Source: Candidatus Heimdallarchaeota archaeon
GTDB taxonomy: Archaea > Asgardarchaeota > Heimdallarchaeia > Hodarchaeales > Hodarchaeaceae
Assembly: GCA_048881705.1 (NCBI GenBank)
Contig: JBHLSH010000086.1
Coordinates: forward strand, 1 to 15,078
DNA: 15,078 nt
Reading direction: 5' to 3'
The notes below the pieces were generated by a model. The model did not search any database. It had not been told where the DNA came from and saw only the letters and a program-made list of their open reading frames with translations. Positions 5,762 through 14,363 of the stretch are shown piece by piece. How positions within the stretch are numbered: the stretch's first letter is position 1; every line of letters starts with the position of its first letter. A program made the translations under genes and the position numbers.

Positions 5762-7711
5762 TTATTCGAGAAATGAAGCATCGGATCTGTACCTCAGTAA
5801 TGGACAAAAGTTGTTACAGACCAGGCAATGGATACATTTACCAGGATCAACTTTTACCATACTGGATTCGACGACCAAGGCCTTTTCGCTACATTGATAT
5901 ATGCATACTCCACATCCGTCGCAATGAAATGAACGGTATACAGTCCTAATTAAAGAGATAATTCTTTTCGTTAATAAGACCTCTTTATACCAGTCTTTAA
6001 TAATTATAGATCCATCTCGGAAAATATCAGCGTGTCCACGTTTCATATTCACTTGAAGAATATCCAGCTCCTCATTATACTGCGTTATTCCTTGGATCGG
6101 TAGAAGTCTTTCGAGTCGTGAAAGGTTTAACATTTGATTTGCTGACAATAACGCTGAATACCCTCCCCTCACACATGGAGAGGGCGCCTTGGTTATCCGA
6201 AATTTTAGCTCGCCATTATTCGATGAAGATATGGAGGAAGAAAAATACTTTATATCTTTACTTTTTAGGAGATTTACCATCTTCGGGGGCAGATATTTCC
6301 ATCGCCATAAACCCCATGATAGATACTGATCTGGTAATCCGTTTTCCTTTCGTTTCATTTCTAGTTTGGCTTGGAGTTTGGACAGTAGCTCTGGATGGAT
6401 TTCCTCCATTATCTTAAAATCTGATAGTGAAGAAGCTGGACAAACCCAGCACCCTATTCGGATAAAACCTTCTTGATACAAAGGATTAAGTAATGAAACG
6501 AGATTATGTTTCTGAATGTAGAGATACACTTCCAAAGCTGTCCAGTTACTAATAGGAGCGGCAGACACCTGTTGGGGAATCCAAGGGTTTTTTGATATAC
6601 GTGTCTCACGAGAACGTCCTAAGGATTCATACCGTCTGCGTCCGATATATGCCAACACTTCCCGAGCCTTTGGAAACCGTTCTTCTAAGATTCTATTTAT
6701 TGGCGAAAGTTTAGCTGATTTACAACACCAGCGTGAGTTTCGAGTGGGTGGTTCCTTTTGGAAGCGTTCCCAAAAATCCCATGACACATTTTCATGACCT
6801 AGCACATCTTTATTGTAATAGATTCCGACCAGTTTTATGTTTTCTATCGTTTCAGGATATTCAAGATTAGTATCAGCAAAAACGATCTCATAAGGAACTT
6901 CAGATTGGGATACTAGATTGAGTGTTGCAAGAGAATCTTTACCACCAGAATAAGCTACTACTTGATATTCGTGTTGTTTTGCTGTACTTTCAATAAAACC
7001 GATGGCTTCCTCCTCCAATGATTCAATGGAACTCATATTTGCTTTTATGATCTTCTGCCAATTAACTCTACTTGACTTAACCGGAGTGTCAACCTCAAGC
7101 TTTCGATATTTTGTTTTGACTGCGACACCCCGATGCCCCGGCCCCATTTCTGACCCGTACATCTTTGCCAGCCCAACAGCTATAACCGCGTTTTCACAGG
7201 TTACGATGACTGGATCGTCCACCTGTATCCTTTGGTCTGCCGAAGACACACCCGGTGAGAGTACCGAGGCTCCACGTTTAATAAATTCCCTGGCCCCCAC
7301 ATCAACCTCCACCGTTCGAAATGTATTAGGAGACCAGATTTCCCTTGCCAACCATAACTTTGGTAGAAACTCGAAAGCCCCTCTTACAACATTAAATCTA
7401 AACAAGGCTGCAATGTGCCCTTTTATAACTATTTCATCCATTCTATCAATATATGGTATTTTGTTAAGGAAAATTATCTGGTTTTTTATTAACTTTTGGA
7501 ATTTCATTGCAGCATCTCTCCCGAAATGGTTTTCCAGAGCTGCTCCGATTCTTACTAAATCACCCTCAAAAGCAGGTCGGATATCACCTGGAGGAGTCAG
7601 TTGCACCTTTCGACCCAGTTTACCACAAAGGCCACAATTCTTTCGAATCAGGGGTACATGGCACCGATCACACCAATGGAATCTGATCTTACCTAGGTAT
7701 GGAATGCGCAC
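5762..7711 (-). CDS. PAPS-reductase-family (PP-loop) protein with N-terminal Cys-rich region, PUA domain and C-terminal 2x[4Fe-4S] ferredoxin domain
   Basis: N-terminal CDRC/CGLC; PUA-like VDVGAREFIKRGASVLSPGV...DDPVIV...IAVG; YSGGKDS; RWCCKSAK; RIGCWVCP; C-terminal CDGCGVCIYQC and CIHCLVCNNFCP. Confidence 0.88.
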   Translation of the reverse strand: MRIPYLGKIRFHWCDRCHVPLIRKNCGLCGKLGRKVQLTPPGDIRPAFEGDLVRIGAALENHFGRDAAMKFQKLIKNQIIFLNKIPYIDRMDEIVIKGHIAALFRFNVVRGAFEFLPKLWLAREIWSPNTFRTVEVDVGAREFIKRGASVLSPGVSSADQRIQVDDPVIVTCENAVIAVGLAKMYGSEMGPGHRGVAVKTKYRKLEVDTPVKSSRVNWQKIIKANMSSIESLEEEAIGFIESTAKQHEYQVVAYSGGKDSLATLNLVSQSEVPYEIVFADTNLEYPETIENIKLVGIYYNKDVLGHENVSWDFWERFQKEPPTRNSRWCCKSAKLSPINRILEERFPKAREVLAYIGRRRYESLGRSRETRISKNPWIPQQVSAAPISNWTALEVYLYIQKHNLVSLLNPLYQEGFIRIGCWVCPASSLSDFKIMEEIHPELLSKLQAKLEMKRKENGLPDQYLSWGLWRWKYLPPKMVNLLKSKDIKYFSSSISSSNNGELKFRITKAPSPCVRGGYSALLSANQMLNLSRLERLLPIQGITQYNEELDILQVNMKRGHADIFRDGSIIIKDWYKEVLLTKRIISLIRTVYRSFHCDGCGVCIYQCSEKALVVESSMVKVDPGKCIHCLVCNNFCPLLRYRSDASFLE

Positions 7712-8270
7712 AGATCATCCACTCTTTTTACGGCAATTATTGGTAAATTGGAAATGTTCATTATTCTTATGATAACTATTGAACAGATTCCCGGATATCT
7801 ACCTCAAGATCAAAACACGAAAACCAGGTAAATCACTTCACAAGAATGATAACAGGATTTTTTGGTGGTTAAATTCTATATTCTTCAACAAATCCAGAAA
7901 ACCTTCCACGTTTGAAATATCATTTGACTTAGCTTGAAAGAATTAAGGGGGTATCAGGATGCCCCCAAATGAACCAGACCTTCCTTGAGAATAGTACCAA
8001 GGGGATAAACGGAAGAAAAATCATTTATTTCCTTCCTTTCAGCCCATTTGCCCCCATGGACTAGTTTTTCAACAATATTTTACTTGTTTTGTCACCATGG
8101 CTCTACAGAGTATTGCCTCTCTCCATTCACTCCTTTCAATGTCAAACCACCCCAGATGAGGATTTAACTCGGCATGTAAATCCCTTGGCCAGTCCGTTCC
8201 ATAAACGAAGATTATACTTAGAAGAGAGATCTTTTTTTGGTGTCTTACTCCCTAACAGAGGTCAGATGTT

Positions 8271-8717
8271 TTGGTTTCTCCGTTTTGTGACAAGTGCGGG
8301 AATCTAGTGGTTACTAAACGAATCGGTCCAGAGCAACGACTGATTTACTGGTGTGATACATGCCAATTCGAAGCTTCTTCAACAGTTGAAGATACAACCT
8401 TCTTCCAAGAGCGGACACCAATTAAACATACCTCGAAAGAAATGACGCGCGTACTGGAAGGCGGCCCGCCTCCCATTCCTCAGATTTTCACCCAATCTTA
8501 TGAACAAAGACGAAAGGGGAAGAAATGCCGCCATCCGAATGCGGTTTTTCAAGGATTCTATCAGTTTTCGAAAGGGGACGAAGCATCCCGCAAATACTGG
8601 TTTTGTCCAGATTGTGGACATGTGTTCCGTTTTTCGGGAAATGCCGATGTGAAACCCAGACGAAAGCTAGTTCATGACGATAGTTCTGAACAACAAAATC
8701 ATCTAGATGAGGAGTAA
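8271..8717 (+). CDS. Divergent TFS/RpoM (TFIIS/RPB9-like) two-zinc-ribbon protein
   Basis: TTG start with upstream GAGGT. N-ribbon FCDKCGNL...WCDTC. C-terminal YQFSKGDEASRKYWFCPDCGHVFR matches the Q(TR)xxDE...CxxCGxxW/F pattern. Confidence 0.8.
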   Translation: MVSPFCDKCGNLVVTKRIGPEQRLIYWCDTCQFEASSTVEDTTFFQERTPIKHTSKEMTRVLEGGPPPIPQIFTQSYEQRRKGKKCRHPNAVFQGFYQFSKGDEASRKYWFCPDCGHVFRFSGNADVKPRRKLVHDDSSEQQNHLDEE

Positions 8718-8734
8718 TGTAATTAAAGATACAA

Positions 8735-9388
8735 TCACAAAAAGAAACGATCTAATCCCTTTTTTTCCTTTGTTTCCTCCTCATACCCCCATTGTTTTTC
8801 CTTTAGAAGGTTTTTCCTCTCTAAAAAGTCTTTTAATGTCAAGAAATCACGTTCAAAGATAGGAAGGTACCTATGTCTACTATAAAGAGCAGTCGCAGGG
8901 TGGAACATAGGCAACAGTGAAAATTGGTGATTTTCCAGACTATGGACTCTGCCAACAATCTCATTCATGCCTTTAAAATGTGATAGAAAGAAACCCGCCG
9001 CGAACCGACCCAGCGTCACCACAATTTGTGCATGCATCATTCGAATTTGTTGCAGAAGATAGGGAGAGCAAACATTTATTTCCTTGGTTGTCGGATCACG
9101 ATTATTGGGGGGACGGCATTTTACAATATTTGTGATAAAAACATCATTACGGGATAATCCAATCTTTTCAAGAAATTCATTCAAAACATTTCCCGATGCA
9201 CCCACAAACGGACGCGTGAGCCTGTTCTCTGTTGCTCCTGGCGCCTCTCCAATGAAAATTACCTTTGCATTAAATCGACCTTCCCCAAAGATTGGATGAA
9301 TCCCTTCGGTGTGCAAGCCGCATTTGAAACAGCTGGCCACCTGATCACGCAGTTCCCAGAACTCGTTTTCTCTCACGGACTGTGTCAC
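8735..9388 (-). CDS. udg: Family 4 uracil-DNA glycosylase ([4Fe-4S])
   Basis: CFKC, GEAPG, PFVGASG, TNIVKCRPPNNRDP, C in INVCSPYL, FHPA. Confidence 0.95.
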   Translation of the reverse strand: MTQSVRENEFWELRDQVASCFKCGLHTEGIHPIFGEGRFNAKVIFIGEAPGATENRLTRPFVGASGNVLNEFLEKIGLSRNDVFITNIVKCRPPNNRDPTTKEINVCSPYLLQQIRMMHAQIVVTLGRFAAGFFLSHFKGMNEIVGRVHSLENHQFSLLPMFHPATALYSRHRYLPIFERDFLTLKDFLERKNLLKEKQWGYEEETKEKKGLDRFFL

Positions 9389-9446
9389 CTAATGAAATAA
9401 AAAGGAAAAGAAGGGGAGACCAGAAGGTCTTTCAGTGGAAACTGGT

Positions 9447-10673
9447 TTAAAAAATCTTTAATTTCCTTCCTAACTCTTCGAATGCCCGTAATCCTGTATC
9501 CAGTTGATCCCTGGTCAATGCGGCATTCATCTGTACCCGAATCCGATCTAATCCCCGCGGAACCATTGGAAATACGATGGGGAGGGCGAATACTCCGTAG
9601 TCCGAGTACAACAGTGAAGATGCTTCCGCGGCTTTATGTGGGTCTCCAAAAATAATGGGAATAATGGCAGTTGTCGAAGCCGCTGTTATTTCATGATTAT
9701 ATCCCATACTGATTATCTGATCCTTGAAATATTCAATGTTCTCCCAGAGTCGTTTAACCAGATCTGGCTCCTCATGCTCAATGATATCCAACGCCTTAAT
9801 TGACGCCGCTGCCGTGGCGGGTGGATGGCTTCCTGACAGCAAGTAACTTCGAGTCTTGTTCCGACACCATGTTATCAGCTCTTTCGACCCCACAATGGAT
9901 CCTCCCATCGTTCCAAACGCTTTTGAAAACGTCCCCATCTCAATGTCCACCTTGCCCTGCAATCCATAATGATCTACCAACCCTTTCCCCGAATAGTTCC
10001 GTCCCAACACCCCATCGCCATGGGCATCATCCACGTATATCAAGGCCTGTGTATATGGTTCACAAATCTTGTAAATTTCGTTTAGAGGTGCATGGTCTCC
10101 GTCCATCGAAAATACACCATCGCTAATTACCAGGAGACGTCTGGGTTCAGTTTTAGCAAGTTTAGTGATTTCTGCCTCTAATGAGGCCATGTCACAATGC
10201 TCGTACACAGCTCTTTTGGCTTTGGTAGTTCGTACACCATCTATGATCGACCCGTGGTTCAAACGGTCGGACAGGATCACATCATCGGCGGTAGGCGCCA
10301 GTTGTTGGATAACTCCTTGATTTGCGGTAAATCCCGCAGAGGTAATAAAAGCGGCCTCTTGTTCTTTAAACTCCGCCAAGCGTTGTTCCCATTTCTCATG
10401 CAAGTCCATATTACCTGCAATTGCTCGTACAGACCCAGATCCTACTCCATGGGTTCTTACAGCTTCAATAGCTGCCTCTTTCATCTTTGGGTGGTTACTG
10501 AGACCCAAATAATTATTGGAGCAAAGCATAATGACCTCATTACCCTCTACTTTGCAAACCGTGTCTGAAGCGCCTTCGAGAACTCGGTGGATCCATTCTC
10601 TACCAGCCTCACGGATCTCCTTCATCTCTGTTTCCAAGAATTTCGTTGCTTCACGCATTTTCTTCACCTTCAT
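9447..10673 (-). CDS. kbl: PLP-dependent alpha-oxoamine synthase, most like glycine C-acetyltransferase (2-amino-3-ketobutyrate CoA ligase)
   Basis: LCSNNYLGL, SDRLNHGSIIDG, SDGVFSMDG, VDDAHG, GTFSKAFG (PLP Lys) and a Kbl-like RIRVQMNAA. The true start may be ATG 10658 (SD AGGTGA upstream). BioF cannot be excluded. Confidence 0.8.
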   Translation of the reverse strand: MKVKKMREATKFLETEMKEIREAGREWIHRVLEGASDTVCKVEGNEVIMLCSNNYLGLSNHPKMKEAAIEAVRTHGVGSGSVRAIAGNMDLHEKWEQRLAEFKEQEAAFITSAGFTANQGVIQQLAPTADDVILSDRLNHGSIIDGVRTTKAKRAVYEHCDMASLEAEITKLAKTEPRRLLVISDGVFSMDGDHAPLNEIYKICEPYTQALIYVDDAHGDGVLGRNYSGKGLVDHYGLQGKVDIEMGTFSKAFGTMGGSIVGSKELITWCRNKTRSYLLSGSHPPATAAASIKALDIIEHEEPDLVKRLWENIEYFKDQIISMGYNHEITAASTTAIIPIIFGDPHKAAEASSLLYSDYGVFALPIVFPMVPRGLDRIRVQMNAALTRDQLDTGLRAFEELGRKLKIF

Positions 10674-10778
10674 ACGTCAATTAATCTAGAAATATAAACA
10701 AACTGGTTCCTTGTCTTCTCCAACCAAAAGACCTGATGAATACTTGGTTGGTATTTTGATTCATTTCCAATCATGCCC

Positions 10779-10856
10779 ACTTTTTGTATCACACCATAAA
10801 TTACTATAATTAAGTGTATTATAAGCAATTGCAGAAGATATGTGATACACAAAAGT
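10779..10856. promoter_or_regulatory. Nested inverted repeats in the divergent kbl/rnd intergenic region (putative bidirectional promoter/operator)
   Basis: TGTATCACA (10785-10793) and TGTGATACA (10841-10849) form a perfect 9-bp inverted pair, extended by ACTTTT/AAAAGT with one bulge. They enclose TATAAT(10805-10810)-N7-ATTATA(10818-10823). Confidence 0.4.
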
Positions 10857-10988
10857 TGTATAGACCGAATCGAAGATTTTTTTATTAATTTGCTCCAAGA
10901 TCATTTCATTACAATATAGATTTTCAAGTTTCAACCCTTACCGAAGCTTAATTTTCTTAAGAAAGCAAATGATCACGTTTAATCTGTC

Positions 10989-11921
10989 TTGGTGAACTCA
11001 CAAATGCGCAATAATCTTGATGTTCTACCCCAGAGAGGAAATGAAATTAGACAAAAATGTGAGAGAAAGCGTGTAAGATATATCCAAAGGGTGGAGGACT
11101 ATAATCAGGTCATCAAAGAAATTTCTGGTGTCCGAATTATAGGGGTTGATCTGGAGGCCGATTCTTTTCACCGATATTATGAGAAAATCTGTTTGATACA
11201 GATTGGAACTCCAAAGAACATATACATCATTGACCCTCTGGCAGGACTGGATATTTCCCCTGTTAAAGAGATCTTGGAAGATCCTACAGTCGTAAAGGTC
11301 ATGCATGATCCAACGTATGACATTGCCCTTCTCAAAAAAACCCTTTCCGTCACACCAAGAAATATCTTTGATACGTCCATAGCTGGGCAACAGCTCGGAT
11401 TTAGAAAACTCGGACTTGACAACCTCTTAAAACAGGTATTACAAGTAGAGCACTCAAAAAAATTGAATATAGTCGATTGGGCCAAACGCCCATTACCTAA
11501 AGAGTGGATAACATATGCTGCAACTGATGTCCGATACTTAATCGAATTAAGAAACCTGTTTCTAGAAAAATTACCGCGCTATGAGGAATTTAAGGAAAAA
11601 TGCAGCCAGTTAGAACGTATTATACCCAAAGAAAAGCACTTCAATCCAGAAAATTTCGTCAAAATCAGTGGTGCCTCTGAATTATCATCTCATTCGAAAG
11701 AGGTCCTGAAAGCACTCTATTCTTGGAGAGATGCGGAAGCACGGAGGCAAGATCGAGCCCCTTTTATGATTCTTGACAGTAAGAAACTAATAACCATCGC
11801 AAAAGCTACAATCAAAACTCGAGAGGATGTCAAACAGCTATTAGGGAGAAAGCAGAGGAACGATAAGACGTTGTATAATGGGATTTTTAAAACCGTTCGG
11901 GCAACCCAAGAGGGAAATTAA
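10989..11921 (+). CDS. rnd: Ribonuclease D-like DEDDy 3'-5' exonuclease with HRDC domain
   Basis: ExoI VDLEAD, KVMHDPTYD, IFDTSIA, DWAKRPL, ExoIII YAATDV, HRDC LYSWRDAEARRQDRAPFMIL. Probable start ATG 11004 (GGTGA upstream). Confidence 0.9.
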   Translation: MVNSQMRNNLDVLPQRGNEIRQKCERKRVRYIQRVEDYNQVIKEISGVRIIGVDLEADSFHRYYEKICLIQIGTPKNIYIIDPLAGLDISPVKEILEDPTVVKVMHDPTYDIALLKKTLSVTPRNIFDTSIAGQQLGFRKLGLDNLLKQVLQVEHSKKLNIVDWAKRPLPKEWITYAATDVRYLIELRNLFLEKLPRYEEFKEKCSQLERIIPKEKHFNPENFVKISGASELSSHSKEVLKALYSWRDAEARRQDRAPFMILDSKKLITIAKATIKTREDVKQLLGRKQRNDKTLYNGIFKTVRATQEGN

Positions 11922-12023
11922 GAGGATTTAGCCAATACATGGGCGTTCAGCTGCCTAGTTTGGTGAATGAGTGGCGTTTTAAAAGTTTTCAACAAGTTGA
12001 GTCTCAGTTATGGTGATGTCAGA

Positions 12024-12953
12024 TCAGATTTCAACTTGGGCGCCAAGTCCTTCCAGCATTATTTTCACAACGGTAAATGCGGTTATCTCTGCCTGGTCAT
12101 AGAGAGGATTTAATTCAACAATATCCCAACTGACAGCTCTCGGCTTGCTTAAGCCCTGAAAAATGCCTGTTAATAATTCGATTAGCTGTCGTGTCCCCAT
12201 TCCACCAGCAACAGGATTATTCACTCCTGGCGCACAACTTGGATCTAAAACATCCAAGTCTAAAGAGATGTGTATTCTGTTCTCTTTACTAATCAATGAT
12301 TGTGCTAACTCGTATCCATATTGGAAGAGATGCTCTTCCTGAAGTAATTTAATAAGAGAAATCGGAGTAATATCTGCTGTTTTGGCGTATTCTAGTTGAG
12401 CAAAAGTGAAATCCCGGCATCCCAGAACCGTTGCTCCTCGGAAAAATTCCATTTCGGATAACCGCCTAAGTGTACATGCGTGGGAAAGCTTTGATCCTTT
12501 CATCTCTGAATATAGATCGAGATGCGCATCGATGTAGATCGAGTAAAACGGGAATTTTGCACGCTCAAATGCCTCCCCAATGCCGATCGTGATGCTGTGA
12601 TCCCCACCAACAATCAAGAAGGGCTGTTTGGTACCAAGGAGATCCTGAACACCTTCAGATACGAATTTTAAGCTTTTCTCTATATTTGAGGGAATTATTC
12701 CAACGTTCCCCCAATCTTTAATACGAAAATGCTGGATTAGATCGATTCCCTGTTCCGTCGTACATTCAAAATTTTCAGAGGTAAAAACACGACGTAGATA
12801 TTCAGGGCCGTAACGCGATCCAGTACGATAAGTTGAAGAAATATCAAGAGGAACGCCCAACAAATGGTAGTTGGAATCATCTGCATTCCATTCACGCTTT
12901 ATGATTCCGCACAACATATCGGGTTCGTGGAGCACAAAATCGAGATTTTTCAC
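12024..12953 (-). CDS. speB: Ureohydrolase (agmatinase/arginase family), probable agmatinase
   Basis: GVPLD..STYRTGSRYGP, GGDHSIT, DAHLD, SLDLDVLDP, PGVNNP, DIVELNP. Confidence 0.88.
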   Translation of the reverse strand: MKNLDFVLHEPDMLCGIIKREWNADDSNYHLLGVPLDISSTYRTGSRYGPEYLRRVFTSENFECTTEQGIDLIQHFRIKDWGNVGIIPSNIEKSLKFVSEGVQDLLGTKQPFLIVGGDHSITIGIGEAFERAKFPFYSIYIDAHLDLYSEMKGSKLSHACTLRRLSEMEFFRGATVLGCRDFTFAQLEYAKTADITPISLIKLLQEEHLFQYGYELAQSLISKENRIHISLDLDVLDPSCAPGVNNPVAGGMGTRQLIELLTGIFQGLSKPRAVSWDIVELNPLYDQAEITAFTVVKIMLEGLGAQVEI

Positions 12954-13043
12954 AATACCTCACGCAGATTAAGGATGATTCTTGATCTCAAAGATGAATT
13001 TAGATCCCTTTCAGCTTGTTAAAAAAACTCTTTCAAAAAAAAG

Positions 13044-14348
13044 TTGTGGACTGCGAAAATGCTTACAACCTTTGTTGACAAGTTATTACTTCTTGAAAGA
13101 ATTAATGATGGGGTATATTTTGATGGACTGGATATTAAAGCCCTTCTTAATGACATTGGAACTCCATCATTCATATTCTCAGAACGCCAACTCCTTCTTC
13201 AGTATGATAAACTCAATTCTGCGTTCGTTTCGAATTTAAAGAACCCATTCCAGCTAGCCTACTCAATAAAGGCAAATCCTCTGCCCGAAGTTGTTCAAAC
13301 GTTTGTTAAGAAAAATCTATACTTTGAAGTCACATCATTAGGTGAAATGAGGCGCATCATAGAGCTTGGAGGAGACCCACACAAATTCATTTACACAAAT
13401 ATCGTAAAACCCCAGAAAACTATTGAATTTGCCTTGGATCATAATATTGCTTATTTTGCTGTCGACTCACGTAGTGATATGAAACGAATCGAAAAGGCTG
13501 CTAAATCAAAAAAAGCACCTGTACGTGTATTACTTCGTGTTAACCCGTTACATGCGTTTCACGAAACGGTTTTCAGCTCTACTGGTCCATATAGTAAAGT
13601 TGGAGTCCCCATACCTCTCGATTTCGATACTCCGTCTCCTCTAACTTCAATCATCTCATACTTTAACAATTCACCATGGTTAGAATTGGTTGGTCTCCAT
13701 ATACACTTGGGCAGTCAATTACTTAACGTAGCTCTATATAAACGTAGTTTTCGTGCACTTGTGAGACTGGCTAGACATTTGGAAGCTTATGACGTTGACC
13801 TATCCCTTTTGGATATTGGCGGCGGATTTCCTGTTGATTACGGCGCGAAGGATTCTATCCCTTCTGTGGAACAGTTTGGCAGGGCGATCAGTGAGGAGCT
13901 TCCTGACGAATTCCATAATATAACAATCATCGCGGAATCTGGAAGATATTTGACGGCACCTGCAGGTATTCTGGCCTGTAGTATCGTTAAACTCAAGCAG
14001 GATCCCTCTGGAATACCTCTTGCATTCGTAGATGGAAGTTTCTACAATCTTCTTTTGGACACGGTGTCAATCAACTGGCAATTTCCTATTATCAATGTAA
14101 TAGCCAATGAAAACGATCCTGTAACAGCATATCGCATCAACGGGTCAACCAATGACACCATGGACCAATATCTTCCCCATAATTTACCCACAAAACAGAC
14201 TGTACCCCTACATACCATTCGTGAAGGGGATCAGATTCTCTTCCTTCAGGCAGGCGCCTATTCTTTGTCATTTAATGCAACCTATTGTCTAGAAGATCGC
14301 CCCTACGTTTATTTTCATCTGAAAAATGGAACCCCCTCAAATTCCTGA
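13044..14348 (+). CDS. Group IV (alanine-racemase fold) PLP-dependent basic amino acid decarboxylase (Orn/Lys/Arg/DAP family); substrate unresolved
   Basis: YSIKAN (PLP Lys), FEVTSLGE, LLRVNP, SKVG, HIHLGSQ, LDIGGGF, ESGRYL, GSTNDTMD, AGAYS. The start may be ATG 13059. Confidence 0.88.
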   Translation: MWTAKMLTTFVDKLLLLERINDGVYFDGLDIKALLNDIGTPSFIFSERQLLLQYDKLNSAFVSNLKNPFQLAYSIKANPLPEVVQTFVKKNLYFEVTSLGEMRRIIELGGDPHKFIYTNIVKPQKTIEFALDHNIAYFAVDSRSDMKRIEKAAKSKKAPVRVLLRVNPLHAFHETVFSSTGPYSKVGVPIPLDFDTPSPLTSIISYFNNSPWLELVGLHIHLGSQLLNVALYKRSFRALVRLARHLEAYDVDLSLLDIGGGFPVDYGAKDSIPSVEQFGRAISEELPDEFHNITIIAESGRYLTAPAGILACSIVKLKQDPSGIPLAFVDGSFYNLLLDTVSINWQFPIINVIANENDPVTAYRINGSTNDTMDQYLPHNLPTKQTVPLHTIREGDQILFLQAGAYSLSFNATYCLEDRPYVYFHLKNGTPSNS

Positions 14349-14363
14349 ATAGGTGAATACACA

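Noticed and set aside
7002-7772. 256-aa plus-strand ORF
   Set aside because: It lies almost wholly antisense to the PAPS-reductase-family gene, is Ser/Thr/Pro-rich with no motifs, and is a typical antisense open frame.
9447-10673. Serine palmitoyltransferase (sphingolipid) interpretation of the alpha-oxoamine synthase
   Set aside because: There is no N-terminal TM anchor and the RIRVQM motif is Kbl-like; nothing in the context points to lipid synthesis. A phylogeny would be needed to exclude it fully.
12982-13239. Possible frameshifted N-terminal extension of the decarboxylase via the A-tracts at 13019-13042
   Set aside because: The 13044/13059 frame already contains a complete family N-terminus, and the alternative ORF has no similarity that would require a frameshift.
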